Part shown: positions 13,901 to 27,768 of the stretch, piece by piece
Layout: each line of letters starts with the position of its first letter
How positions within the stretch are numbered: position 1 is the first letter of the stretch
Assembly: GCA_965153455.1 (NCBI GenBank)
Contig: OZ234493.1
Location: 12,390,213 to 12,454,212 of the forward strand
Length of the DNA: 64,000 bases
Direction: 5' to 3'
From: Sphagnum compactum
Lineage: Eukaryota
The notes under the pieces: model-generated
Databases searched by the model: none
What the model was told of the DNA's origin: nothing
Seen by the model: the letters and a program-made list of their open reading frames with translations, nothing else
Program-made: the position numbers and the translations under genes

Positions 13901-14399
13901 CTTTCTTGATGCATGAAAAAGATGTGCTCACCCACAAACCTTCACCCCATGTAGAAATCCCAATAATCTTACACAAAATAGAATCAACAAGCCTCGCCAA
14001 CATTGGCTTGTGTACCTCTGACATTCACTTTGCCTCAAATTGCAATGTATCAAATTATGTTGAAGCCTTCTTTCTTGCCCATTCAATTGCATTGGCTTCA
14101 TTGTCCTTCTATTGTACATATGGATTGCCTAGGATGTGGGCATTCATTGCAATATGGTCTTGTTGCCTTGGGCCCCTTTCACAAGTGGAAATATGTCCAA
14201 ATTTGCCCAATGGCAAGGTCAAAAAATGGTCCTTCTCCACATGCTTGACTTGAGGGTGAACACATGTTTTGAGGTTGACCTTTTGGTGATTGATGTTTGC
14301 CAACCAATGTGAAACCCTAGGTAAAGAGCCATGTGTTTTTCTATATGTGCTTTTATTGTCATAATGAGCTTGGGGGGTTATGATTGGTGTGCTTAATGG

Positions 14400-17300
14400 T
14401 TTGGCATGGGACAAGGCTACCACCTACTTTTGATCATTGAATACGTTATGCTTAACACTTAGTTTGCGTAAACATATTGATTAGGTTTAAACCAAGGTTA
14501 GGTTATATTGGGATGTGTAGTTGTCCATTTATTTGATCATTATGATGTCCCATTGTTTGGTGTTGTGGTGAGATCATGTTGATGATTAATAGATCATTTT
14601 TGCTGTATTCACAATGTGCCCAATTGTTGGTGGCCTTGTGAAATGTTTTTGTGAGTGTAATTGCCCTAACCATACATGTGCAACATCCTTGGCTTTATGT
14701 TATAGGAATCATGGTTTAAAAGGTATGTTAAACCATAATAAATTCAACACGCCTTTAGGTTTAATGTAAGTTGTGATAAGTTCAAAAAACCTTTATTTAC
14801 TGAAGGTTTTAAGTTGGACACCCAAATTAGGGCTAGTGTTCGAATGTAGGAACCACAAGGTGCTAATGAAAGGTTAGATCTTCAACATGGTGAGGTTTAG
14901 CACCAAGTGCGGTTCCCTTAGTCATTTGTGCTGATAAGCATTGTTCCCAATCTTATGGGGGCATCAATTTCCATTAGGGTGCCAAGGAAGGCACCTAGTT
15001 CTAATCATGGGCTCAAGGCATTCACAAGGTCACATGTATCATTTGCATGAGGTGTTTGGAAAACTTTAAAAACATAGCTTTAAGTTTCATCTAGGCAAGT
15101 GTTGGTTTTTTCATATTCAAATGGAGTATTTGGATCACATGATTTATTTTGGTGGATCAGGGGTTCAAAAGGTCAAGGTTGAGGCAATTTCATAAGTTCC
15201 CCAACCAATGAATGTTAGTCAGTTATGAACCTTTTTAGGCTTATGTAATTATTACCAAAGGTTTATCAAAGGGTGGAGTAGCATCACCAATTTGTTGACC
15301 CAATTGACTAGGACTAACCAAGAATACATACATGGGGCGAATCATTAAAAACATGTTTTTTAGGAGTTAAAGTTTAAACTCACATCGGTTCTTATTTTGA
15401 AACGAACCATTCACGAACAACCATTCCAATTACACATGGATTGGAGCACTTTTGGGTTGGGAGTTACGCTTACCCAATTTGACAATGATGGTTGAAAGTT
15501 TATGGTGGCATATGTTAATTAATCCAACAACAAAACAAATACCAAATATAATTATTATGAGAATGTTTTGCTATTAATTAGGCAGTTTCATCATTACAAT
15601 GTTATCTTTATGGTAGCCCATTCACTTTGTTTATTAATCACTAGCCATTCAAGGTTTTTAATGGAATTTGATTGATTCACATGAAAGTTGGTTAATGGGC
15701 CCTTATCTTATAAAATTATGATTTTGATATTGTCCATAGGGCTTATAAGGTCAATCAAAATGTTAATGGCCTTAGAGTCGAAACCCAAATTCTAGTGAAA
15801 ATGATATTATAAGGGTTCTTTGCCATGGGGATGTATATTTGGAGGTGGTTCTAGGATGGCATGCCTTTGCATACCTATGTATCTTGTTGGGGTGCTCTAA
15901 GATGCACCTCATATTAACATGAGTACCAAGGACTTTCGTGGTGTGGACATTAACTGAAAGGTCATAATGCTCTAAGTATACATGATGATGCACCTATTAT
16001 TACATATTTATAGATAGGTGAAAATTTGATTGGATTAACATCCAAGGAGTGGGATTGTGTTGTGCGTAAGGCCAAGCAATTCAAATGGGAAGGTATTTTC
16101 CATTTTGTGAGTGTGGATAGATGGATGAGTGGGGGTGGTAATTCACCCAAAGAAATGTGAAGGCCTTGTGTGGCACACTCACAAAGAGTTAAGCCATTTT
16201 GGGGTCCATCAAACTTATAATATACTCCAAGCACAATATTGGTGGCAAGGGATGCAACAATAAGTTCAAAAATTTGTGTTTTATTGTGTGGTGTGTGAAC
16301 AAATGTAAACATCATTTTATGCACCTACATCTCAGTTATAACCATTGCTTGTCATGAGGGTTGGGTATCAATGGAGTTTGGATGTTTTTAGTCCACTGAA
16401 TTTGATAATTCAACATAACGAATATGTGTTGGTTATGATTGAACATTCTCAGAATGGCTAAAGTTGGTGCCATTATTGGATCATAGTAATGAAGGTGTTG
16501 CATATGCATTTTGGAAAGGGTGCTTAACAAATTTGGTGCTTTAATTGAAGTATTCATTGACAAAGGTATGAAATTTCGTGGAAAGTTCCAAGAGTTGTGT
16601 GAAAAGGCACTAATTAATCATCCCATTACTTCACGAAACCATTTTGAATCATATGGGTTAGCTAAATGAATGGTACAAATGATGAAAAGGGGCTTGCAAA
16701 AATATGGACTCCAAAAAAAACATATTTGAAATTGGGACTTACAACTACCATGGCTAATTACGGGCTATAAGTTTAGTTGGCATCTTTTTCTTTCATATTT
16801 TTCACCATACTTTTATTGTTTGGCCATGGGCCCAAACTATTAGTTTCAATTTGATGAGATGTAATGGTAGTAATTAAATTGGATGATTGTAATGTGTGAA
16901 TCTAAGCATGTGAATCTCGAGCTATTTTGTTTTGACATGTTATGCCCATGGCTATGGAGAATTTGGCAATTGCCCAATACAAAAATACATTGTGTTATGC
17001 CATTATTTGTGAAGGTGGTTATTGGCTATAGATTTGAGTTAGGGGTAATGTGTTTATCAACTACTTTGGATGTGACTATAGGATGTTATTATTCGGGAGT
17101 GGAAGGTTCCACCTTTCGAAGTGTTAATGTTGGAGGGTTGAAATGGTCAAACATGGAAGGACCATGTGCGTAATTGTGCACCATGTCATCTTTCCAATGT
17201 GAATAGTCAAATTGAATTGTCCTTAATGATGGTTCCTACCAACCTATGATGCATGTTATAAGGACAATCTTCAAGAGTTGCAACTATGGTGATTTGTGAT

Positions 17301-17635
17301 TAGTGTTCTTGAAGTTGGCATATGAGACATCTTAAACCACCCTTGGAAGAAATGCTAATCGACAAATGGTTTTGCCCTTGGTGCACTAGTAAACCTAGGT
17401 TATTAAGGTTGAATAATAAAATTATCCTTAATATTTTCTTTCATGGTGATTCACATTTGACTAGGAATTTGAAGGATTGTAATCAAGCAAGCAGCGATGG
17501 GGTTCATATTTGCACATAGCCTACTGGTCCTTTCACCTTAAAGCCAAAGTGCTTAGCCATGGTGGATTTTCATTAGGTAATTTAACATTATTATCTGGCT
17601 TAGGGGCACCTTAATCCCAAATAGGGGGGAAATTT
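14400..17635 (+). mobile_element. Degenerate Ty3/gypsy LTR-retrotransposon pol (RT C-terminus, RNase H, integrase, PHD finger)
   Basis: RT thumb HMYHLHEVF...GKCWFF...MEYLDH...TFLGLCNYYQRFIKG (15030-15280); RNase H PFQLHMDWS...YGSPFTLF...YDFDIVHR (15420-15780); integrase QWSLD...VLVMIEH...FLERVLNKFGA...DKGMKF...WDLQLPW (16170-16780); PHD relic at 17250-17384; purine tract AAATAGGGGGGAAA at about 17619-17633. The RT YxDD core is deleted and no LTR pair was identified. Confidence 0.9.
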
Positions 17636-19657
17636 GGACATGATGTACTATTCATGATATTTTCATGGGATGTTTTGTATGTGATGATAATGATATTTGT
17701 AGACAAAGAAATGCACAACAACTATCACATGTGTTTGTTTAGTTGCTCAATTAAATCCTAAAGAATTAAAAATAAACCGAGTTAGCTTAATTATTTGGGT
17801 TTATATCTCCAACCAATTCAAGTGTGAACACAATTTGAAATATTTTATGAATGAGATATAATCTCAATTTGTGTGATTTGTTTTTTTAATTAAAAATCGT
17901 CGTATTACCTACAACACGAAAGGATGTTTAAAGTTTTCTAATTCATATTTTTTGAATATTTAAAATTTTGGCTAAATATTCTTCCAGGTGATCACCTATT
18001 GAGCAACATCACAAAATTGAAGAAAAAGAAAAAGAAAAACCTGCTCCTAGCCAATATCTGATCACACACTTAGTGTCAAAATGACAATTTCACACAATAG
18101 TATACTTCATCGGAAATTATGGATACAGTGGGTGGAGACTCTCTAAGAGAAATTCCACCAATGCTGGGTTTTATGTGACCCTGGATTGGAATCTTGGATG
18201 AGGTTCAGCACTAACTAACCACTGGAAGGCTGTTGGGACCCTGAAAAAGACCACAGCTTTCTTAGCCCTGCTGGAGGAGCCTTGGACCAGTCTAAGAAAC
18301 ATGTCAAATCGTGTTTCTTGACTGCTCCTTGTTTGTTTCTGATTGGGTAAATAGTTTGATTGGTCCAAGTGGTTTGCTATTAGTAGTCTCCCACGTACTT
18401 GCAGTCCCCCAGTTTCGGTTTTCTGGGTTGGACAAAAGTTGGTAACTAAAAATCGGATGTGAGAAATATGTTTGCAGGGTCACATACTGAACATTGGTGG
18501 AGATGCTCTTAGAGAAAGACAATCAATCAGTGTTCACTTTTCCAGCACACAACTATGTACCATGTTGCCATCTGATGGATGGGTGTGACTAAATGTAAAG
18601 CATGGGTCCAAAGCATGGAATCCCTTGATTAATAGCCTCATTCAGCCCAGTTTCTTGTCAGAATGGAAGGCACATTTGTGACATAATGATACTTACTTGC
18701 TTATTCATACTGTCATACCCTAAGTAGGTGTATAGGCTTGCACATGAGTTGAGTTAGCTCTCTCACAAAGTTGGTAGGGGATTAGCTCTCTTCAGCCAAC
18801 AACACAGCTCTCTGAAAGCAAGTACCTAGAACCTTGTGCATGAGGGTAATCATGGGTGGGTTCTTAACTAGGGTGGTCTTTCATTACCCACCCCATGGCC
18901 AGGGTTAACTAGCTCACCTACCTTCACCTTGTTGAGTGAGACCTCTTAGTGGCCATATTATAAATCCTGGAAAATGTTAGATTTGAACTTGGAGACCCTG
19001 ACTTAGTCCAAGCATAGAAGATTTTGAATATTTAGAGATAATTTAAATGAATTGGGGGGATTTTTTTACCATGGTACCAACTTGGGTGTGGTTCACCCAA
19101 GACCTGCATTCAATATAATCAAATAACCCACCCACTCAATATTATGTAATGGAGATGCTATGGAATTTGTAGGAACCTTGTTGATCATTGATACCTAGGC
19201 AAGGAAGTCTCGAAAACTAAATCAAATAAAATAATATTAAAATTAGAATTTTTTTTTGAAGTACAAAGGGTGAGATCATGTTGTCAATGTTCACTTGCAA
19301 TGTTTTGGAAGGAGGTTTTCAACTTAATAGAGAGAATTCCTTGAAGCATGTTATCTAATTAATGGGGATAAACTGGGTGGGAAATGGGAATAAAAATATT
19401 TTTTATCTTATTAAAATAAAGGTGACCCTTCTTTGTTCAGTTTTTGGTAGCAAGTAGCAAGCCAAATTCCAATGCAAGATGAAATGTGTGGGGGAATTAT
19501 ATTTGATTTGCTGGTGCATAAACTATGTCCAATTCCTTCCCAAAGCTCAAAGTTGTTTGGCATTGGGATTTTCCATTTCCTTTGTATTTTGAACATGGAT
19601 CAACCACCCTCCCTCACCTCATTCTTCTTCGTGTCAACAAGTGACTTCGTCCTCTTA

Positions 19658-19870
19658 AGGTGCATTCACACTTGGTGTTAGGGACTCTAAGGTTAAGTCC
19701 CCTACCACCATGCTAGCCATTTAGGAGTTAAACCTAGTTGCCACGAAAATGTTGTGTTAAGCTAACATTCACTTAACAATGAGCTATGGCCCATTTAACA
19801 TTGGTTGGCACCTAGGATGCCACCTAGATTTTCATTTAACACTGACTTAACATCAAGTGTGAATGCACCA
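19658..19870. mobile_element. Tourist/PIF-Harbinger-like MITE, copy 2
   Basis: TIRs AGGTGCATTCACACTTG...CAAGTGTGAATGCACCA with TTA on both flanks. The interior is the reverse complement of 5771-5986. Confidence 0.85.
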
Positions 19871-21349
19871 TTAATGATCTCAATACCTATTTGATAGTTC
19901 TAAACTTTTTTTCTTTCTTTTAAAAAATGAGTCACTTTGATTAGCCCATCACAAATCAAATTACAGAACTTTGGACACTTCCCCAACTAAAAGTTTACAC
20001 TCCCAAAATAAAAACATAGGAGTGCTTCCCTTTAGCCTACCTAGAAGAATACAAGAATTCAACTTGGGTGAAAATTATGAGATAAAATGTGGTGCTATTG
20101 AGAATTCCTTGGGAACTTGAGGAACATGGTGTAAGCCATTGAATACTCAATTGAAACTTGGTGGGAACATCAAAATCCCAAAATTCCAACAATTTACATA
20201 TTCCAATATTCATCAATTTATGTTGTGGTTGACATTTGCTATGTTTTCAAACTTTAGTTTGAGGTTACAAGGCAAACCATCCTTGGATGGTATGACTAGG
20301 AATGTCACACCAGGCAATTTTGTTTTAACCCTTTCAACATTAGGATAACACAAGATTCATTTAAGGAAAGTTTTTCATTTCAAAATTTATATCAAAAGAT
20401 GACCCAAGTCATGAGAAATTTGACACTTCAATTGGACTTATAAAAAAATAAAATTTGATATTCCAAATGAATGGTCAAAGAAAGTTTTTTCTAAAAAAAG
20501 TAGCATTTGAGGTTCCTTTGTTTAAGAACGCAAAAAGAACATGTAATTTCAGTTTTTAATTTTAGTTTTTAGGAATTTTTCAAATATTCCTTTTTTTTCT
20601 TTGTTTAATAGATAGCGGATTAATGGAGCCATAAAATTTTGAACAATTTTCAAAGGTCAAGAGTAAAAGGTCTTGGAAGGCCATTACATTCATGTTTACA
20701 AATTTGTAATAATTTTCATTTTTTCCCCCTTCAACCAACAATTGGGGCCATACCCTAATGACTATAGTTGATAAATAAATGAATAAATTATAATGGTGCA
20801 ACTTGACATTTAATGATAAGGGGCCAAAAATATTAACACATGATGTCAAAAAGATTTTAGGAACACAAATTTCTTACTTGTGTAACCTATGAAGGTGTTT
20901 ACAAATTTTTCATAGTGTATACATGGATGAGGAACACAAAGCCCATGTGGTGCAAGTCATAGTAAAATTCATACTTTAAAAATATAAGATATTTAAAGTA
21001 AATTAAACTAGGTTCACCTTTCCTTGAATTTAGGTGAGGTGGTTTTTAGTGGTACCACCCAAGGATGGGTTTGCCCTACATGGACCATAGTTGAAATAAT
21101 CATTAAGATTCCAAATCATGTGGTCATAAATTTATTTTGAATCAATGAAAGGGTCATTAACTTTTGTTTAATGTTTTGCATGTTGCCATAACCATCTATG
21201 TCAAGCTCAAGAGGATCGATACTTTTGTGGGGCAACAACAATCCCCCCTTTGTAACATGGATGCCCTTATTTAAAATTTGAAATCCTTTAATGGAAGGAT
21301 GGTGGATGAGATGGTGATTATCTGGCAACCCTTTTGTCTTTTTTTATTG

Positions 21350-21995
21350 CCTTTGGTGAAGAGATGATTCATAATATTTTTGCACTAATCCTAGACCTTA
21401 CTTATAGGTGAATGCATTGCATTAAAAAAATACGTTAGGCTTGAAATAATCAAGGTTGTGGTGGGGGATTATGACAACAAGGTCCTCTGGTGAAAATGTT
21501 CAAGTTTTTGAATCGAAAATGTTTAAGCACACCTCCATCAAAGCCAATCCTATTGAAGGATTCATTGTTTGGGGCTCCTACCTCACATGAAAAAATAATT
21601 AAAGGTTTGTTAAACTTAAAATTTTCATTATATCATCACATTGATGCATTTGTTGAGGATGTGATTTCTCTTTTATTGTGGTGGAAGGAACATGAAAGAA
21701 AAATTTTAAATGTTGAAAAAAAACATTATAATTCTTGAGCATTCTCGGTTCACAAATTAAGATGGAATGTATTTTCATTGTTTGTGGTGTGATCACAAGT
21801 TCAAGAGGAAATGTTGGGTTATAGTATGGAAAACCTTGATAGTTTAGTCATGATACAAAAGAAATGACCAAATGATACAAGATGTGATTATCCTCTTCTA
21901 AACAAGGTCGTCAATGAATATTTTGGTAATTAAGGATGCCCTATTGGAAGAACATGAAAATGAACTTTAGAAGAACAAATGTTTTGAAGATTAAT
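21350..21995 (+). mobile_element. hAT transposase C-terminal (dimerisation domain) relic
   Basis: ILDP-like motif at about 21388, LLLWWKEHERK, ILGSQIKMECIF...GVITS, NLDSLVMIQKK*PND. This is the hAT dimerisation signature with stops and frameshifts. Confidence 0.75.
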
Positions 21996-24104
21996 TTTGC
22001 AACAACTAATGTTGCTTTTGGAGAAGAACAACATAACATTGCATGGCAATACACAAATCACCTTGTATCATGTTGCAATCCATTGTTTTCTTGGATGTTG
22101 AGTGTTGATGTGAAGAAGTGAAATGATGGGACTTCAAATTTGGAATTTAGATGTCAAATATTCATGATTCATGTAGATTCCCTAATGAACATTACTTTTT
22201 GAACTCAAATTGGACAAATGCAAAACTTTAGCATTTAAAAATCTCTTATGTTAAATACATGCATTTCAAATTAAATACATGCGCATCTTTTTCACTTTCT
22301 CAATAGAAGCATAAGCAATATAACATTAACCATATTGAGCCAATTCAAATTTGAATAATGTTGTTGGATGTTAAATGTAAAATTTGAATAGATTAATTTT
22401 GTGTTGATAAAAAAAATTTGGCATGTTATACTTAATACTAGCCAATTATTGCATGTCAACTAGTTGATTATTTCCAAAAATTAATAATCCTTTCAATATT
22501 GCAATTTGCATTACCATCGTATACAGATTAATTAATTTGTTTATAATTTTAAAAATAAATATGATTATTCAAACCATTTTGGTCCCTCAAATTTATAGGT
22601 CCTTTAATACACTTGTGATATTAGTATAGTTCACTCATCTCTATTGAATGAAATAACTTGTCTTTGATGTTGAAGTGCATTAATTTTATGAAAAGCCCAT
22701 CTTATGTTACTTTGGAAAGTTGACACCCCATTAATTTAGTTGCTTGAAATCTCAATTTCCATTGACAATTAGTTTACATGTCCCTTATGCACACAAATAA
22801 CATTTTCAACTTTGTGAACATCTACCCCATTTTGTTTTGTCCAACCAAACCATGTTGGGCTTCAATTTACTAGAAGAAACTATGTTGTTTGTAACCAACC
22901 CACTTGCAATTAAATGCAATTGCAAAAGCTTATGTGTGCAACTACATCTGAAATTTCAATGATTTTTAATCACCTTTGCAATTATCATGTGACTAGTTGT
23001 TCCTTCGTCTTTTGAAATGAATGATTTCTACACTTGGTTTTGTGCAAATACATTATCGTATGTATGGGGAGTACACAAATGACCATAACATTGCAACTTG
23101 TATGATGTGGACATCCTACATCATTGTATAGGGTAGAATATGAACTACACAGGTGTATGAAAAATGAAAAATCATTTACTAAGGTGTTTTTTGCTACCTA
23201 CTTGTTAGTGATTTTTTTATTTCAAAAATTTTACTTAGCATATAAAATTCAAAAATATATTTAAAAAATAATTAACAATTGTAATCAATCATGTAAATAC
23301 GATCATCCCAAAAAAGAAGTGGATCCAAGAAGCATCATTGCCATAATTTTCCTTGTTTAGCCTTTCATGACTCTTTAATCTTAGATAAAATTTCAATTAT
23401 GGTTCTTGTGGGAATAACATTGTAATACATGAAGTGATGTATAATACAGTCCATTGAAATAAATATTATATATATAATAAAATTCATTGTTTGAATTTGA
23501 AATTCCAAAAATATTTAAATATTCTAACAAAAGAAATTTGAATGTATATATTTTTGTGAATTTCTTTGGATTTTTTAAAATTTTGTAAATTTGAAAGAAA
23601 AACCAAGAAATCAAGAAAAATGGATAAAATCACATTAAACCCACAAAATTGAAAAAACACATGTAGACCTTTTATTTTGGGGGAGGGGGGGGGGGTTTGT
23701 CAAATTTATGGTTTTTTCACCAATGGTCGAAAGAAATAATTGGAAAATATTTTTCTGAAAAAATCAAGAAAATTGACCAAAAATTTGGGAAAAATATCAC
23801 GTGGTTTATGTCTAGGCCTAACCTACGTGCCATGTGGCATGCCTTAGGTCTAGGCTTAAATTAATTAAGTGCCATGTGGCCTATGTGATCTAAACATGGA
23901 TGCCATGTGGTTTACATGGTTTAGGTGTCAAGGACATGAAAAACCACAAGAACAAATGTTAAAAGAGAGGTCTAAATGAGGGATCCTACTCCTTTTTATA
24001 CGCCTTTGGGGACTTAGTTCAAGGAAACTTCAAAAGAGGTTTTTATGTGTGCATAAAATAAAGAAGTTTTTTTGAGAACCTTCTGAATTGGGAGTTGATT
24101 ATGA

Positions 24105-24410
24105 ATTAAGTGAAATTTAACTAAAAGTTAATTCAAATTTAATTAGGAGTTAAGAGTTAACTAGACTTAACTAGGATTTAACTAAAACTTAACTAAAAAT
24201 TAACTACGAGTTAATTAAAATTTAACTATGATTTAATTACAAGTTAATTAAAAATTAACTTGAACTTAACTCGAACTTAATTATGAATTAATTAAGAATT
24301 AACTAAGACTTAACTAAAAGTTAATTGGGACTTAACTAAGAGTTAATTGAGATTTAACTAAAAGTTAAATGAAACTTAACTAAAAATTAACTAAGATTTA
24401 ATTAAAAATT
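24105..24410. repeat. About 11-bp AT-rich minisatellite (TTAACTAAAAG / CTTAACTAAGA)
   Basis: About 25 imperfect tandem units, each containing TTAA. Confidence 0.85.
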
Positions 24411-27149
24411 ATGGATGAACATTATGGATAAATTCTATCCATTGGAAGATGGTGTCTAATGTTCGTATCCATCACATTGGGCCTAAGTGCCATGTGGCCT
24501 AACCTTAGTGCCACTTAGTTTAACTTATGTGCCACATAGGCTACTAAAGCTAGAGGAATTAATTAATAAATATTAAGTTAGGTTAATAAGATATAGGTCT
24601 AAATAAGATAATAATAAATAATAATAAATAATTTAATAAATATAATAAAATATTATTATAATTTAGTGCCTGATAACTATTATTATTTATAATAAGTAGT
24701 CTAACTAATAGGTTTAGTATCTAGCATACTCGATTACTTTCTCAATAACCAACCACATTGGTTTGGACCCATGCAATAGGTTTGTTTATTGCAAAACAAA
24801 AGTTCCATCATTAGGCCTTCGTAGTTGAAGGAGTTTATGTAAGGGCATCAAGTGTAGTGGGAATTCTATTTTGCGAAGGAAGCATTTGTTGGTACTACCG
24901 CATTTGGATAAGAGTGTAGTTAGACACACCTACACCATCCTTCCCTTTTTGGTGTGATGGTTTAACTAAACTTATTCACTTACCATCCCATGCATGATGT
25001 TACTTGCAATTAGGTGGATAGTTTCACTAATGTTATATATATATATATATATATATATACACTAGTGGGTTGGCTAGTTACAATTATGTATTTAGGGTTT
25101 AGGGTTTAATTATCTTAGAATTAAAATTCATAACTTAAGAAGATACCTATTTCTTTCACAAATTAAATGTATATTAGTTGATAATGTTGGCAAATGAGTA
25201 TTGATTTTGCCATTCTTACCCACACCATTGTAATCTATGTCATTTCTTAGGTACTATTGGCTCTCTATAGCCATTTCCTACCTACCCATTGTCCTTTATG
25301 CTAAGGGACACCCCTTATTTTTCTTCAAGTTCATCCTTATAGCTTGGCTTATTGCCCTTTGCCCTAGTGACTCATAGTTAGGGGGTAGAATGCAAAATAC
25401 CAAATCTATTCTACCCCCTTATGTATGATGTATGCAACTTGTGAGGGGGTGTGTGTCCAAGAACATGGCAAATTGAGCCTTGACCTACAAACCCAAATTA
25501 ATTCTTGTACCACATTCAATGGAGTGGGCTTCACTTCTCTAGGCCATACCAAGGAAGGATTTGCAACTAGCTTTCACAAGATCTACACTCATGCATGGTT
25601 TATTAAACTACATACCTTGTAGCATTGATATATGTCTACTTCCTTGATGAGCAAACAAACAAACAAACACTACAAAGAAAACCATCATGAGTACAAACTA
25701 CAAACATCAAGAAGAGAGCATCAAGTGCCACATGATAGTTTGAAAGGAGTGAATGTTGTTCTTTGTGAGTTGACACAACTTCTTTCCTAACTTTTTGAAG
25801 AGTTATTTAGGCAATTCAAAATGCAACATTCTAACTTAGATTGTGCTTATTTAAGAATTGAAATTTTCATCTCAAAATTTTGTTGGTACTTATAGACATT
25901 TAGTTTTTCAATCAATATGCAAGCATGGGTTTTTTTTTTTTTTTTTTTTTTTGGATTTGAATTTTTATTAAAAAATGTGGTATTGCAAATGTCCCCAAAA
26001 ATTCAAAAAATAACAAATTTAGTCAAATTTTGTACACTAAATAAACTCAAATTTCCAGAAATTTCCCATTTTTTGGTAAAAAAACAACAAAAATTTTCAA
26101 GGAATGTTTTTTGATCATAAGCTTGTAATATTCCCAATCATGGAAAATGGTATGCTTCAACCAAGATCTTTTGAATATAATGTTCTTTATGTGACAATGG
26201 GGGACATCCATCCAAAGCTCAAATTGGATGATCAAGAATTCCCACCAAAATCATAAAATATATATTTTTATTTGCCACACAATTGGATGACTTTTACTTG
26301 AGAACATTGTTTATGTGAAGTTCATATTTCAACTTTGAAGATTGTTTACAAAAACCAACTATTATTGTCCACTTTGAAGTTTGCATGAATTGATTTTGCA
26401 TTCTCCATCTAAATTTGAAGAAACTAAGTTCCTCAAGGCAAAATATAGTTGCTTTTTATAATCATATCCCATCCTTGAACACAACACAAATTTCCAACAA
26501 AAGCTTCCATAGTGAGCCTATGCTACTACATGTTTGTGAGCCTTTGGTTCTATAACAAAAGTTACTCCTTCACAATCACCAAACACTTTCTTTCCTTTTT
26601 GTGTGTCTAAACAATTGATTCATCATGTAATGGTTTTACCACAATGTTTAAAATTTGTTTTCGTGACGTAAGTTGAAGTATTGATTTTTGTTTGGAGGTG
26701 AAAATTTGTCTATTTTGTAAGTTAAAAAAGAAATTAGAAATTAGATTTTATTAAAAGTGTTTTTTTTTCTTCCATAATTAAAAAAAGCCAAAATTTGAGG
26801 AATCCAAAATTTTATTCTTAAAAAAAAAGAAATAAAATAAAAATTGAAATTAAAAAAAAGAAAACCCAACACATTGTACCCAAATGTGGCTAGAAATGAG
26901 ATAATGTAAGAAGAAAAAGAAGAAGGTTCTTAGATTGGTTGAGAACCATGAGTCAAGGGGTCCATATACCCGACCCCCCACAATTCAAAACCTCATCCCT
27001 TCCACTCAACATTTAGAATCCCTAAAAAACTGCCCCCTCTACACTCCACACACACCCCCCCCCCCCCACCCTCTCCCTCAAGAAAAAAAAAACTAGAAAA
27101 AAAAAAGTCTATAACAAAAGGGGTCCAAAAATGGTTATTCGCTGTTTTT

Positions 27150-27717
27150 TTTTTTTGTCTTGGGGGGGGGGGGTGTTTTCGTTTTTGTCGTCTGTTTGCA
27201 GTTGCTGTGTGCAGTGTGCAGTGTAGTGCAGTGTGCGCCTTGTCTGCCGCCAGCAACAGCGTCGTCGAGCAACGAGGTCCCCACCAGGCAACGCCGTGGT
27301 GCGTCGCGACTCGCCTCCTCGCCGCGCGTGGCAGCGTGCTATCATCATTAATTAATTACCGCTGTCCTCTCTTTCTTTTCGAATTTGTTCGCTTTCTTGT
27401 TTTCTCGCTCGCTCATGCTCGCTCATCATTTTTTCATGCCAAGAATTTGTCCCTGAACTCACTAGCTCCGAGTGTGTTCTTCCTGAACAAACTAGCTCCG
27501 AGTGTTCTTCCTGAACAAGTTTGATCTCCGACTGCAATACAGACGCCAATGCGCATTGCCCATTCTTCTCTTCGTCGTCGTCTTTTCTTCAAGAACACGG
27601 CCAGCAACAACACTTGCAAAGACAGACAGACAGCCAGACGTACAGAAAGACAAAGAAACAAGACTAATAAGCGATTGAAGCACGGAAGCCTGCGAGGACC
27701 TCTGCTGCATTGAGAGA

Positions 27718-27768
<51 letters not shown>

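Noticed and set aside
14890..14940. KCGSLSH read as a DNA-methyltransferase motif in the retroelement
   Set aside because: It is a short match, probably out of the true frame, with no other MTase motifs nearby.
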